A stretch of 62,202 nt of DNA, filler included, from Candidatus Fermentibacterota bacterium (GCA_016928395.1; 8 parts of 8 records of this genome joined end to end with filler, not necessarily neighbours in it); one strand, 5' to 3'. Positions 38,910 through 49,872 are shown, counted from the whole stretch's first letter. Made by a program: numbers and translations. Notes: generated by a model from the letters alone, not told the origin.

Positions 38910-39677
38910 TCACTCATGGTCGACCCTCAACCGATCCCTGGCGGCAGCGATAACCAAGGGCGCCGCGGCTTTCAGAATGGATTCATCATGGGTGCGTGCA
39001 ATGCCATCGTAGACGCGGCCGGCGGCCCGAACCGCGGCATGCAGGGCCTTGGGCAAATGGTTCAGCGCCCAGTCCGCGGCAGCACGCTTCGAGAGCACGA
39101 CATTGCGCGTTTCCACGCTGCAGATGATCCGGCATCCGTTCCACACCACGAACGCGCCATGCCCGCCGTCATCGTGCCCTAATTTGACGAGCCCCTCCAT
39201 GTAGTCGAGCTCACTGCGCAAGGCCTGCTGCAGCTCGGACCACATCGGGGGTGTAACGAAGTCTGTTGGTCTGCTCCCACCCAATGCCACATACTGACCC
39301 GCCAGCCAGTGGGCCCGGTGCAGCGCCCAGGCATGATCCACAAGATGCTCCCATAACGCATGGCGGGGCGGCCGCACCCCCCGTGCCTCGCGCTCGAGTA
39401 TGTACCAGCTATCCCACTCCACACCTGTGTCCGCGGCGATGGAATCATGGATCCCTTCGATGGCCATCGCTGCCCCGAGCTCGGGAGGTCTCACGAGTAT
39501 GCCGTGGGTATCGACATCACCCAAGAGGTGCGGGCGATCATCGAAGGTTGCGGCTCCGTGCACCCACAATGCGATCAAATCATCACCCAGAAGTGCTCCG
39601 AGCTCGTCCCGCAACCTGCCGCAGGCGACGCCTACCTCGGGCGGCAAGCATTGAAACGGAACGCTCATACGGTTCAC
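38910..39677 (-). CDS. Aminoglycoside adenylyltransferase-like nucleotidyltransferase (DUF4111-type C-terminus)
   Basis: WVHGA...GDVD NTase motif; VWNGCRI...VLSKRAAADWAL. Confidence 0.72.
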   Translation of the reverse strand: MNRMSVPFQCLPPEVGVACGRLRDELGALLGDDLIALWVHGAATFDDRPHLLGDVDTHGILVRPPELGAAMAIEGIHDSIAADTGVEWDSWYILEREARGVRPPRHALWEHLVDHAWALHRAHWLAGQYVALGGSRPTDFVTPPMWSELQQALRSELDYMEGLVKLGHDDGGHGAFVVWNGCRIICSVETRNVVLSKRAAADWALNHLPKALHAAVRAAGRVYDGIARTHDESILKAAAPLVIAAARDRLRVDHE

Positions 39678-40201
39678 TCACCCCACCTCATGCATGGCGA
39701 ACCAGGGGACGATCGACACGGGGCAAGAAACAGACTCGACGCGACCGGCGATTGTGATTGCAGTGGGCTTCTCATCGAATCCGTCGGGAGCATATAGTCC
39801 GCTGCTGTGTGCGCTGTGCATGTCAGGCCTCCTACCCAACATCCTCCCATCCGGGCAAGGCCCACTCCCTGCCGTCGGAGACGAGACCACCCAAGAGCAA
39901 TTTGGAATATGTGAGCGGTGACGACAACACGCAAGGACACGTCATGGCACGTCTGCCCGAGAACCAAGACGCCCGAGACACGCAAAAGACTCAGAGGAGT
40001 GGGGAACTGAAGCCTGGAAGGATGGACGGCGAAAAGACCGGAGAGTGAGCTCGGTAGTCGGCCATTGGGCCGCGAACTGCGCCGTGCGAACCGCCGACTG
40101 CGAGCCAGGCGAATTAGCTGACAGCCCACCGCGGTGAGCGTTCCCCGCAGCGGGGCTGAATCCCGACCCGTTCGCCTCCCTGAGCCAGGCCGCAGAGCGC
40201 C

Positions 40202-40441
40202 TCAGATCGGAACCCGGGCGGTGAGCTTTCCGTCAAGGAGGGTGACAAGCCGGTATCGATTCCGTGCCTGCCTACGATGAGCCGGGCCGCCCTGAAGACG
40301 CGAGATGGCCTGCGCCAGTCGGCCTGATGGTGCAGACACGGTCGGTTGACGATCCTCCCGGCCGGGAGACGTATCGGTCGAGGGGATCTCCTCAGCGGTC
40401 AAGGCAGAGGCGATCAGCACAACAAAGGCAAGCCATCGCAT
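40202..40441 (-). CDS. Small secreted hypothetical protein or gene fragment
   Basis: AAGGAGGT RBS and signal peptide MRWLAFVVLIASALTA. Confidence 0.4.
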   Translation of the reverse strand: MRWLAFVVLIASALTAEEIPSTDTSPGREDRQPTVSAPSGRLAQAISRLQGGPAHRRQARNRYRLVTLLDGKLTARVPI

Positions 40442-40677
40442 CGTAACCTCCTTCTTCCTGTGTACCGCGTGGGCCATCCTAAGGTTCCATCGGTGGCACG
40501 GAAGATCCTCGCCTCGTCGTTTCGATTGCCCCTCGCGGGAAGTTGCCCGTCTGACGTCCTCCGGCGGCACACTCGACTCCGGGATCATCGGGGAAACGCG
40601 AACGTACAGACGGCAGTGATGGTGACAGCGGCCGACAGGCTACCGGCGTTTCTCCGCCGGAGCACCCACACTTCATT

Positions 40678-43620
40678 TCAGGAACCTTCCGGGTGCCTAT
40701 CCATTTCGTGCATAATGGCGTTTCGGCCGCGTTCCTTGGCGCGGTACAGCGCGGCGTCAGCCCGCTCCAGGAGATCGACAGCGGTGACGGGATCGTCGAA
40801 CGACGTCACCGTGGCCACACCGCCGCTGATGGTGAAGGCGGGCACGGCGTCGGTTGATGATCGTACCTCCACCGCCGATTTCAAACGCGCGCAGATGCTC
40901 ACTGCGGTGGCCTGATCGGTCTCCGGCATGAGCAGAGCAAACTCATCGCCTCCCCACCGTGACAATACATCGGTATCCCGGATCACCGACCTCCCGCGCG
41001 ATGCAGTGGCGCGCAGCGCCGCGTCTCCGGTCGCATGGCCCGCGGAATCGTTGATGGTCTTGAAATGGTCCAGATCAAAGATCATCAGCGATACGGGCCG
41101 CCCGTACCGCTCTGCCCGTACCAGTTCCATTTCCACCCGCTCGTTCAAGGTACGCCGGTTGGGCAGTCCGGTAAGCTCATCGACTCTCGCTAACTCGGCC
41201 AAGTGATCCCTCTGACGCGTGATCTCCACGGTTTGCTCTGCGACCAGCCTCCGAAGCCTGCGTCGCTGCGCCTCCAGGTGTCTCACACGCCAGAAAGCCG
41301 CTGCAAAGCCGACGCCAACCAGGCCAAAGCCAAACCCCGCCCTCGCCAGTGCCGTCTGCCACCACGCGGGGGCGACTTCGACGGGCAGAACTAACTCGGG
41401 ACCATCCCACTCGCCATGCTTCTGGCGGGCTTGCACGTTGAGTTCGTAGTGGCCGGGAGGCAGTCTGGTGTACCGGACCGGTGCGCCTCGCTCCAGGGGA
41501 TTCCATGCGGTATCGAATCCCTGCAGGCGGTACCGGAACCCGATCTCCTGCTCGTTGAAGAAGCTGGGACAGGCAAGTCGAAAGTGCACGCTGTGGTCCC
41601 GGGATCGGCAATGAAACACTGTGGGAAAAGCCTCTACCGCATCATCGGCCCGCCCTTCGACGATCAGGGGTCTGGGCGGGGACGGCGTCACGATCCACCC
41701 CGGATTCACCACGGTTACGTTCTTTCCGGCGAGCCACACCCTGCCGTCGCGTGCCAGGAGCGCCGCGTTGCCATTGCATTCCTCCACTGCCACACCATCG
41801 TAGTAGCCGAAGGATCGAGCCTTCACGCCATCATGCATGGCGATGCCTGCGCTGCAGCCTATCCAATAGGTCCCGTCGCGGGCGCGTACCGCGTCAAAGG
41901 GAATCAGGTCGCCAACCTGCAGCCGCGTCCATCCTTCACCGTCCCGAACGGCGATCCCTTGACTCGTTACGAGGAAGACATGGCCATCCTGGTCGTGAAT
42001 CGAACTGACCCTGCTGTCGCCGACCCACTCAGGCAAGGATACCTCCTCGGCACTCCCGTTCTCGCGCCAGATCCATAGTCGCGACCCGAGAACCCACCAC
42101 CCCCCAGCGCTTCGCGGGACAACCCGACGGATCTCCTGGATTGAGACCTGGCGATGAAACCGGTGTTCGGTGAACTGACCAGAACGAGGATCAAGGCAGA
42201 ACAACCCGCCGGATGTTGCGATCCACACCTCAGAAGCGTGGACTGGAAGAATGGAGCGGAGGAGTATCCGCCGGAACGGTGCATAGGGATATGGTCTGAA
42301 CCGTCCCTCTGACCAACGACATACGCCGTTGAAGCCCAGAACCCAGACGCCGTCGTCTCCAGCCTTCAGATCAACAATGGACTCCTCAGGCAGGCCGTCG
42401 CGGGCGGTCAAGACCCGAGGTGCGCCCGCGGTGTCAATGGCCACAATGCCATTGTTCGTCCCCAACCACACAGACCCATCCCGCAACTCCTCCATGGCCC
42501 AGACAGCGTTGACGGGCAAATCGGCTCGGGACGTATAGTTGACGAAAGCCGGATGGCTGAGCTTGTCGAGGCCCGCTTCGGTGGCGCACCACAACACACC
42601 GTCGCTGTCTATCAGAAGATCGCTGATCCAACTGCTGGAGAGCCCTTCGGCCTCCGTGAATACTTCCGCACACCCTTCGTGCACGCGGTACAGGCCTTGA
42701 TACGAAGCGATCCACAGGGCTCCCGCGGCGTCTAGCTCCATGGTGATCGATAGGGGTGGATCGCGACCGACAGGGAAGGGCAATCGAAAGGCTCGGCTGG
42801 AGAACCCGTCCCATGACGCGACCCACCCGTGATGGCCGTAGCACCAGACTGTGCCGTCTCTAATGGCCAAGACGTCGATCTCGAAGCCCCCCATCAGGTC
42901 ATACGGCAAGGGGATGCGCCGCACCTGTCCACAGCTGTCAAGGAAAGCACCTTCGGTGGTGGCGATGAGAAGTCCGCGGCCGGGCAGATCGACTATAGCA
43001 TCTATTGGCCCTCCTTCTGGCAGCGGGTGGAACGGGCCGGAAAGACCCTCATGCGAAACCGCGTAATACCCCATCTTCCCCAAAGCGAGAATCGAGCCGT
43101 CGTCGCGACGGCGAATGAGCGGGATCCTGTCACCGTGAATGAGGGGGGTGTCCGGCAGGGTCAGCAGCGTTCCATGCCGATCCATGTATTGGATTCCGGT
43201 ACCCACATAGATCATCCACACTCTGCCATCGCCATCCACGGCAACGTCATCCGGCGACTCTGCCAGCAGGCCATCCTTCTGCCGCCACACGCAAAACTCC
43301 ACTCCGTCATAGCGCACCAATCCTGCGCTGGACGCCATCCAGATCAAGCCGTCGCCACCCAGAGCCAGCGCACTGACGTAGGAGCTCGGCAAACCGTCAC
43401 GGATGCCATAGTGCACCAAAGGAAGTTGCTGGGCCCGCAACGGTTGCAGGAAGCTGACACAGAGTAGCACCAGTGGAGTGTAGAGCCGCGGAGGTCTCCG
43501 ACGGCGTGGTTCAGATCTCCGAAGCATTCTGTGACTCCATGTCGAGGCCAAAGCCCTCGAGTGCGTGCGACAATGATGGATTTGACGGGTTGAAAGTCGC
43601 TCCCGCATTTCGCAGGTCAA
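40678..43620 (-). CDS. Diguanylate cyclase with periplasmic two-component-regulator propeller and Y_Y_Y sensor
   Basis: DGL..xV repeats, YRLQGFD..W, YTRLPPGHY, TM helix, DELTGLPNR, RDTD I-site, GGDEF; true start probably downstream of 43620. Confidence 0.9.
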   Translation of the reverse strand: MTCEMRERLSTRQIHHCRTHSRALASTWSHRMLRRSEPRRRRPPRLYTPLVLLCVSFLQPLRAQQLPLVHYGIRDGLPSSYVSALALGGDGLIWMASSAGLVRYDGVEFCVWRQKDGLLAESPDDVAVDGDGRVWMIYVGTGIQYMDRHGTLLTLPDTPLIHGDRIPLIRRRDDGSILALGKMGYYAVSHEGLSGPFHPLPEGGPIDAIVDLPGRGLLIATTEGAFLDSCGQVRRIPLPYDLMGGFEIDVLAIRDGTVWCYGHHGWVASWDGFSSRAFRLPFPVGRDPPLSITMELDAAGALWIASYQGLYRVHEGCAEVFTEAEGLSSSWISDLLIDSDGVLWCATEAGLDKLSHPAFVNYTSRADLPVNAVWAMEELRDGSVWLGTNNGIVAIDTAGAPRVLTARDGLPEESIVDLKAGDDGVWVLGFNGVCRWSEGRFRPYPYAPFRRILLRSILPVHASEVWIATSGGLFCLDPRSGQFTEHRFHRQVSIQEIRRVVPRSAGGWWVLGSRLWIWRENGSAEEVSLPEWVGDSRVSSIHDQDGHVFLVTSQGIAVRDGEGWTRLQVGDLIPFDAVRARDGTYWIGCSAGIAMHDGVKARSFGYYDGVAVEECNGNAALLARDGRVWLAGKNVTVVNPGWIVTPSPPRPLIVEGRADDAVEAFPTVFHCRSRDHSVHFRLACPSFFNEQEIGFRYRLQGFDTAWNPLERGAPVRYTRLPPGHYELNVQARQKHGEWDGPELVLPVEVAPAWWQTALARAGFGFGLVGVGFAAAFWRVRHLEAQRRRLRRLVAEQTVEITRQRDHLAELARVDELTGLPNRRTLNERVEMELVRAERYGRPVSLMIFDLDHFKTINDSAGHATGDAALRATASRGRSVIRDTDVLSRWGGDEFALLMPETDQATAVSICARLKSAVEVRSSTDAVPAFTISGGVATVTSFDDPVTAVDLLERADAALYRAKERGRNAIMHEMDRHPEGS

Positions 43621-43705
43621 GAGCGACGATCCTCTTGACTCTGATGTGCACGTCCGTAACTACTCATGTGCATCCGGCGATCAGCCCGCCCTTGCCAGGA
43701 GGTGA

Positions 43706-44671
43706 TTGATGAAGCGCCGTGAGTTTCTCAAACAGGTGAGTGCCGGTATCGCGGTTGTGGGGTGTGCACCGTCCTCCTTTGCGGATAACGTCGCTCCTCT
43801 ATCCTCGGTCACGGCATCCATGACACCGCAGTCTTCCCTCGCCCGGGCCCGGGGCGCCGACCCGGAGGCCATGACCCATGCGGCGGTCGAGCGCCTCGGC
43901 GGGATGCGCACGTTCGTGCATAGGGGCGATAAGGTGGTGATCAAGCCCAATGTCGGCTGGGATCGCCCCTTCGCCATCCGAGCCAATACCCATCCTGACG
44001 TCGTGAAGGCGTTGGCCCGCATGGTCATCGAAGCGGAAGCCGCGGAGGTCCGGATCGTAGATTTCCCGGTCATGGGGCAGAACCCTCGCAACGCCTTCGA
44101 GGCCAGCGGCATGAACGCCGTCGGGGCTGAACTCGGGATACCAGTGTATCCGGTGTGTGAAGCCTCCGGCTTCGTGGACATCACGCTCCCCGGCGCCGAA
44201 GTACTCAAGACGGCCCGGGTCATTCGCGAGCTTCTCGAGGCGGACGTGATACTCAACGTGCCCGTGGCCAAAAGCCACGGCTGCACGAAGTTCACTGGCG
44301 CTCTTAAGAACTGGATGGGCATCGTGTGGAGTCGCGCATACTTCCACCAGAACTTCACCACCGATTCACGATCCAGCCCGGCCCACTGGAACCACATCGC
44401 ATCCTGCATCGCGGAGATCCAGCAGCGCATTCCACCGACGCTGGCCGTGATAGACGCGCTGGCCATCATGAAAACCGGAGGCCCCCAAGGCCCGGGGGAG
44501 CTGGAGAACGTCGGCGAGATCCTGGCGGGCACCGACCAAGTCGCGTTGGATACCTATGCCGTCAGCCTCTTTGATACGATAGAACTGGGGGATGTGATAA
44601 GCATTCATCGCGCCGCCCAGCTCGGGCTCGGTACGTCGGACCTGTCGCGGGTTGCCATCTGGGACGCCTGA
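43706..44671 (+). CDS. Tat-exported DUF362 family protein
   Basis: KRREFLK Tat motif; VVIKPN, THPDVV, NVPVAKSH, ALKNWMG, DQVALD. Confidence 0.88.
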   Translation: MMKRREFLKQVSAGIAVVGCAPSSFADNVAPLSSVTASMTPQSSLARARGADPEAMTHAAVERLGGMRTFVHRGDKVVIKPNVGWDRPFAIRANTHPDVVKALARMVIEAEAAEVRIVDFPVMGQNPRNAFEASGMNAVGAELGIPVYPVCEASGFVDITLPGAEVLKTARVIRELLEADVILNVPVAKSHGCTKFTGALKNWMGIVWSRAYFHQNFTTDSRSSPAHWNHIASCIAEIQQRIPPTLAVIDALAIMKTGGPQGPGELENVGEILAGTDQVALDTYAVSLFDTIELGDVISIHRAAQLGLGTSDLSRVAIWDA

Positions 44672-44673
44672 TC

Positions 44674-45207
44674 ATGAGAGGATGGGTCATTGCCGGAGCC
44701 TGCATGCTTATGTGCTGCGGAATCCACTATCGAGACAGGCATGACCCTTCAACCGGCCTACATGCACCCGCACGGGCGTGCACCCTCAGCGTGCCTGATC
44801 CTTCGCTTCTCGCGGACGCCGCCCTCCCCGCGGGCTGGTCCCTTGCGGAGGAGCCTCGCGCCTATGTCGGTGACCAGCTCTTTGACCTCATCGATGGAGG
44901 CGCGGTGCAGTACATAGACCACGGTTTCCAGTGGGCGCTGGCTGCAACCTATCTCAGCGAGAGCGGAGATCGCATGACCGCCGAGCTGTACCGGATGGCC
45001 TCGCCCCAACAAGCAAGAGACCTCTTCGTTGCCCGCGACTTCCCCGCGGAGCGCCCACCGGTGGGGGACGGAGCTCGGCTCCAGTCCGGCATGGTGGAGT
45101 TTCTGAGCGAGTGCTGCCTGGTCTCCCTGACCTACTTTTCGCTGGGCAACGACGATTCCACCTTGGTACACATAGCCCAACTCCTGGCTGACCATCTCGC
45201 CAGATAG
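44674..45207 (+). CDS. Exported hypothetical protein (DUF6599-like)
   Basis: GW...Y.GDQLFDLIDGGA..Y...GF, ELYRM motifs; 2 nt after the DUF362 gene. Confidence 0.7.
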   Translation: MRGWVIAGACMLMCCGIHYRDRHDPSTGLHAPARACTLSVPDPSLLADAALPAGWSLAEEPRAYVGDQLFDLIDGGAVQYIDHGFQWALAATYLSESGDRMTAELYRMASPQQARDLFVARDFPAERPPVGDGARLQSGMVEFLSECCLVSLTYFSLGNDDSTLVHIAQLLADHLAR

Positions 45208-45390
45208 CAGCAGAGACCTCGCTGAGCTCGGGTCTCAGAGTCGACGCCGGGGCTCAGCTCAAAACTATCGGCACTCAGCTCTCAGCCACCTGTGCTGCTT
45301 CGCTTCCCCACTTCTTCACCATGTTCCCTTGTCGAGCCTCCACGACTCCGAGTTCGGGCGTCTCCTGATGCAGAAAGGATCTGCCGGCAG

Positions 45391-45419
45391 TTGACAATCG
45401 TGCCACCACGACCTATCAT
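45391..45419 (+). promoter_or_regulatory. Putative sigma70 promoter
   Basis: TTGACA-N17-TATCAT about 110 nt upstream of the 45532 CDS. Confidence 0.6.
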
Positions 45420-45531
45420 ATAGGCACACCTCGCCGCTTCATTCCGAATGCGCGGCGGGTTTCACACATCCGCGGGCGCCACACATCATCCCGCCCCGCA
45501 TCCATCACCTTCTCCACAAGTGAGGTACATA

Positions 45532-46136
45532 GTGAGAAACTTGATGGTCCTCGTGTGCACATGTGCGCTTGGTCTCGTGACCTTGAGTTGTTCCAAGGAT
45601 GACTCGACCAAGCCCGATCCCAGCGGCGATCCTTTAGGGACGCTTTCGGGAGTCGTCGAAGACGTGTACGGTTCGCCGATTTCCGGGGTCGACGTGAGCG
45701 CCGGCGCGCTCACCGGTCACACCAATGAGCAAGGCTGGTTCTACATCCCCGACGTACCAGTCGGCGATGTGCTCGTCGCCGTCGAGCACACGGGTTTTTT
45801 GCCCACGTACCGCACCACCAGCATCAGGCAAGGCCAGACGACTCACTTAGGAACACTGGTCCTTCTGATGACCGAAACCCTTTCCGTGCCGGCGGATCAG
45901 GGAGGCACGGTAGAGACAAGCGACGGCGCCGGTACGGCTACCTTCCCGCCCGCGGCCTTCGTGCAGCAAGACGGTCAGCCCTACGTTGGTGACGTTTCCG
46001 TGGAGATCGCCGCGCTCAGGCCCGGTGACCCCGGGTTCTACGGCGCGTTCCCCGGCTCCTTTGAGGGCACAAGGACCGACGGGTCCACCGTGCCCTTCGA
46101 ATCATTCGGCTTCATGGGCGTGAACCTCTCCGGGTC
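45532..46136 (+). CDS. Lipoprotein with carboxypeptidase-regulatory-like domain (partial)
   Basis: GAGG RBS, GTG start, lipobox LSC, GTLSGVVED..G.PISGV, TNEQGWF. Confidence 0.75.
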
Positions 46137-46435
46137 NNNNNNNNNNNNNNNNNNNNNNNNNNNNNNNNNNNNNNNNNNNNTTAATTAATTAANNNNNNNN
46201 NNNNNNNNNNNNNNNNNNNNNNNNNNNNNNNNNNNNAGTCGGCAGTAGGCAACCGGCAGTCAGCGGCCCGGCCCCTGAATGCGGAGGAAGGCGAGGAAGC
46301 TTGCGGAGAGGATTTGGGGACCGCAGGTTCCCTTCCGTCACAGAGTGGTGCAGGAGGGTGCCGGGCAGAGAGCTGTCGGCGCCCTTTGTCTTTGTGGGAC
46401 AAAGGATAATACGCGCGAGCGAGGAGGAGGAATCC

Positions 46436-48466
46436 ATGCGGACCCGTGTCTCGCCATTTGTGGTTTTCAGTATCGTCATTGGGTTGGTATTCCCGGTTAT
46501 TGCCGACATCCCGCAGGTCATGACGTACCAGGGCAAGGTGACGGACTCCGGTGGCACCCCGGTCGTTGATGGTGGCTACACCATGACCTTCGATGTCTAC
46601 GATGCAGCCAGTGGAGGCACCTCGCTCTGGAGCAGCGGCGCACTGACCGTGATGGTGAGCGGCGGGGTGTTCAGTGTCTTGCTGGGAGACACCGGGCAAC
46701 CGGCTCTGAGCCTGGACTTCGCTTCGGACTACTGGGTTGAAGTGGACATTGCGGGCGACGCGCAGACGCCAAGGGTTCGCCTCGGCTCGGTTGGCTATGC
46801 GTACATGGCGAGCGGGCTGGTGGCGGGGACTGAGGTGAGCGGGTCGGTGACCAGCGGGACCTCCGCGGCCATCAGGGGCACGAATACGGCCACGACGGGC
46901 ACCAGGTACGGGCTCCACGGCCGGAGCTACTCCACCTCGGGCAGGGGCGTGTACGGCGAGGCCGCCGCCCTCTCAGGCACGACCTACGGGGTGTACGGCG
47001 CGGCTGCGTCGACCACGGGCTATGCGGGCTACTTCCAGGGCAATGCCCGTGTCACCGGCAACCTGACCGTGGATGGAGCCCTTGCTGCTTCCGGCATAGG
47101 TGACATCACGGCGATCATCGCGGGCACCGGACTCATCGGCGGCGCCACCTCCGGCGATGCGACGCTGCACGTCGCGGTGCCCCTGGCTCTCACCGCCTCC
47201 AATGCGAATGCCATAGTATCGGGCACCAATTCAGGTGCAACGGGCGCTTCCCCAGGCGTGCAAGGCACGAGCGCCTCCACCGACGGTAGGGGCCTCTACG
47301 GCGTGGCGTTCGCCACATCAGGAAACACCTATGGCGTGCGCGGAGAGAGCGCTTCCACCTGGGGCGTCGGCGTCCACGGTCTGGCCTCCGCCACCTCGGG
47401 CACCACCTGCGGCGTGCGCGGGGAAAGCGCCTCCACCTGGGGCAGGGGCGTCCACGGTCTGGCGACCGCCGCCACGGGCACGACCTACGGCGGCTACTTC
47501 AGGAGCGACGCTGACGATGGCTACGGCGTCTACAGTCTAGCCTCCGCCACCTCAGGCATCACCTACGGCGTGCGTGGGGAGAGCTCCTCCACCGCCGGCA
47601 GGGGAGTCTCCGGCAGTGCTTCCGCCACCTCAGGCATCACCTACGGAGGCGACTTCGGGAGCGCTTCCACGGCCGGCCGGGGCGTCTTCGGTCTAGCGAC
47701 CGCCGCCACGGGCACGACCTACGGCGTGTATGGGCGGAGCTCCTCCACGGCTGGCCGGGGCGTCTATGGCTTGGCCACCGCCTCCACGGGCACCACCCAC
47801 GGCGTGTATGGGGAGAGTGCTTCCAGCGGCTGGGGCTTTGGCGTCTACGGCGTGGCCGTCGCCACCACGGGCCTCACGTGTGGTGTCTTTGGGAAGACCA
47901 ACTCCGCCGATGGCTATGGCATGTACTACCAGGGAGGACTTGCCGGCACGGGCACGAAGAGTTGTGTGGTGAAGACCTCCAAGGGCCCGACGCTGATGTA
48001 CTGCCAGGAGAGCCCCGAGAATTGGTTCGAGGACGTGGGCAGGGGGCGACTCGTTGGCGGCTTCGCACACGTGGAACTAGACCCTGTGTTCGTTGAGACG
48101 GTGACCATCGACGAGGTTCACCCCATGGAGGTCTTCGTCCAGTTGAGGGATGACTGCCGCGGCGTATTCGTGAAGGCGGGGATGACAGGATTCGACGTCA
48201 GGGAGCTGCAGAGCGGGACGAGCGACGCGGAGTTCTCTTATCGCGTGATGGCCAAGCGCAAGGGGTTTGAATCGAAGCGTCTGGACTACTGCGCGGCCGC
48301 GGAGCGGGATTCGTACCTGTTCCCGGAGCTTCGGGAGCAGGAGCGTCGGGAAATGGAAGAGGAACGCGCCCGCCACGAGGAAGAGCGTACGCGAATGGAA
48401 GAAAAGCGAGCACGGATGGAGCGGGAACGGCCCGAGCCGATCAGGGTGTCGGAGGCGGGCCGGTAG
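46436..48466 (+). CDS. Secreted Gly-rich repeat (fibre/beta-solenoid-like) protein, paralogue of 24776-26668
   Basis: GGAGG RBS; signal peptide; IPQVMTYQGKVTDSGGTPV; ~26-aa GRGVxGLAxAxxGTTYGVxGxSxST repeats; YCQESPENWFED domain; charged tail. Confidence 0.85.
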   Translation: MRTRVSPFVVFSIVIGLVFPVIADIPQVMTYQGKVTDSGGTPVVDGGYTMTFDVYDAASGGTSLWSSGALTVMVSGGVFSVLLGDTGQPALSLDFASDYWVEVDIAGDAQTPRVRLGSVGYAYMASGLVAGTEVSGSVTSGTSAAIRGTNTATTGTRYGLHGRSYSTSGRGVYGEAAALSGTTYGVYGAAASTTGYAGYFQGNARVTGNLTVDGALAASGIGDITAIIAGTGLIGGATSGDATLHVAVPLALTASNANAIVSGTNSGATGASPGVQGTSASTDGRGLYGVAFATSGNTYGVRGESASTWGVGVHGLASATSGTTCGVRGESASTWGRGVHGLATAATGTTYGGYFRSDADDGYGVYSLASATSGITYGVRGESSSTAGRGVSGSASATSGITYGGDFGSASTAGRGVFGLATAATGTTYGVYGRSSSTAGRGVYGLATASTGTTHGVYGESASSGWGFGVYGVAVATTGLTCGVFGKTNSADGYGMYYQGGLAGTGTKSCVVKTSKGPTLMYCQESPENWFEDVGRGRLVGGFAHVELDPVFVETVTIDEVHPMEVFVQLRDDCRGVFVKAGMTGFDVRELQSGTSDAEFSYRVMAKRKGFESKRLDYCAAAERDSYLFPELREQERREMEEERARHEEERTRMEEKRARMERERPEPIRVSEAGR

Positions 48467-48498
48467 ACGAGCGCGCCTGCCGGCACCATCGCCGCACC

Positions 48499-48558
48499 GT
48501 AGGGGAGGGCGCCTCTGCCCTCCCGTTGCTTCGGGCGACCAGAGACGGTCGCCCCTAC
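48499..48558. repeat. Inverted pair of GTAG-type REPs
   Basis: GTAGGGGAGGGCGCCTCTGCCCTCCCG ... GGGCGACCAGAGACGGTCGCCCCTAC; first copy differs by 1 nt from 57924-57950. Confidence 0.75.
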
Positions 48559-48818
48559 GGGGGTTGGGTTGGCTCGGGGAGGGACGCGAGGAATGCCCGC
48601 ACCGCTGTCCGCCCAGTCGACCGTGAACCCCTGGTGCGTAGAGATGTGACATGGCTCCTTGACCTGATGCAAAGAGCCCGTTTCTTGGCGTACGGCGCCG
48701 TTGCGATAGGGATACGCACCCAGGGAGCATGGCGGAATCGATGGGAATGGTTGGGTGTTTCCTCGAATGCACGACGCGTGGATTGAGAATCCCTGTTCGT
48801 TTTGCCCTGTGAGAGACT

Positions 48819-49322
48819 ATGAGACTGGCGAGTTTCGAGAGGATCATTGCGTCACTGAACGAGGCAGACGTGCGGGCTCTTGTTGCCGGCGGTCTCGCCG
48901 TCGTAGCCCATGGCTACGGGCGACTGACGGTCGATGTCGATTTGGTGATTCAGTTGACTCCATCAAATGTCATTCGTGCATTCCAGGCATTGGCATGCCT
49001 GGGTTATCAACCGAGAGTGCCAATCACGCCTGGGCAATTCGCGGACCCGACACAGCGCGTGGCGTGGATTCGCGACAAAGGTATGATGGTTCTGAACCTC
49101 TTCAGCGACCTCCACCGGCACACGACCATCGATGTCTTCGCGGAAGAGCCGTTCGACTTCGACGAGGCCTATGGGAAGGCGCTCGTGCAGACACTCGAGG
49201 GTGGAACCGTCTGCCGGTTCGTCGACCTGACCACCCTGATCCGCATGAAGGAGCAGGCCGGACGAAGCAGGGATCTAGACGACGTGCGACATCTGCGCAT
49301 GCTGCAGGAAGACGCAGTATGA
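48819..49322 (+). CDS. Stand-alone nucleotidyltransferase-fold protein
   Basis: AGGLAVVAHG..R.TVDVD motif; LIRMKEQAGRSRDLDD C-terminus. Confidence 0.82.
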   Translation: MRLASFERIIASLNEADVRALVAGGLAVVAHGYGRLTVDVDLVIQLTPSNVIRAFQALACLGYQPRVPITPGQFADPTQRVAWIRDKGMMVLNLFSDLHRHTTIDVFAEEPFDFDEAYGKALVQTLEGGTVCRFVDLTTLIRMKEQAGRSRDLDDVRHLRMLQEDAV

Positions 49323-49576
49323 GCGACCAGCGCTGGAAGATCGCGGAATCCGCGCCGGATTGGGAATGCGGGTGGGAAGACAGCGAGCGGTTTCATCTCC
49401 GTCGCTTCCGCGCTCTTTCCATCACGGAGAAACTGATGGCCATCGAGGAAATGGCAGACCTCACCGAGTTCCTCGGGCGTCGGGCGCGGGAACGTCTCAG
49501 GGCGTTAGGCAGTGGGCAGTCGGGCAATCAGCGAGCACCTTCGTGCATGGAGGGGTCGGCAGCGAACGTTGAATGA
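49319..49576 (+). CDS. Small partner protein of the nucleotidyltransferase (toxin-antitoxin-like)
   Basis: ATGA overlap; W...W...H...FRALSITEKLMAIEEM helical pattern. Confidence 0.6.
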   Translation: MSDQRWKIAESAPDWECGWEDSERFHLRRFRALSITEKLMAIEEMADLTEFLGRRARERLRALGSGQSGNQRAPSCMEGSAANVE

Positions 49577-49872
49577 CACCATCACCAGCCGAGGTGCGAG
49601 GTCGGGTGAATGGACAGGTCGAAATCCAGATCTTCTTTTCCGCAGGCGCAGAGGTCCAGACGGAACGACAGGGCCAGCATGAAGAGCATGAAGAGGGTTC
49701 ACCCCCTCGACTTCGCTCAGGGTCAACTACACAGGGTCACCCCCGCATCCAACGGTGCTGGACCAAGCCCGCATCCAGCCGTGCGGGGCCAGGCGCGTCC
49801 CTCCAGAGGGGAAGCGTGCGGGTCACGCGTGCTCTCCCGCACGCCCTCCATCCTCGATCCCTTCCTTGTTCG

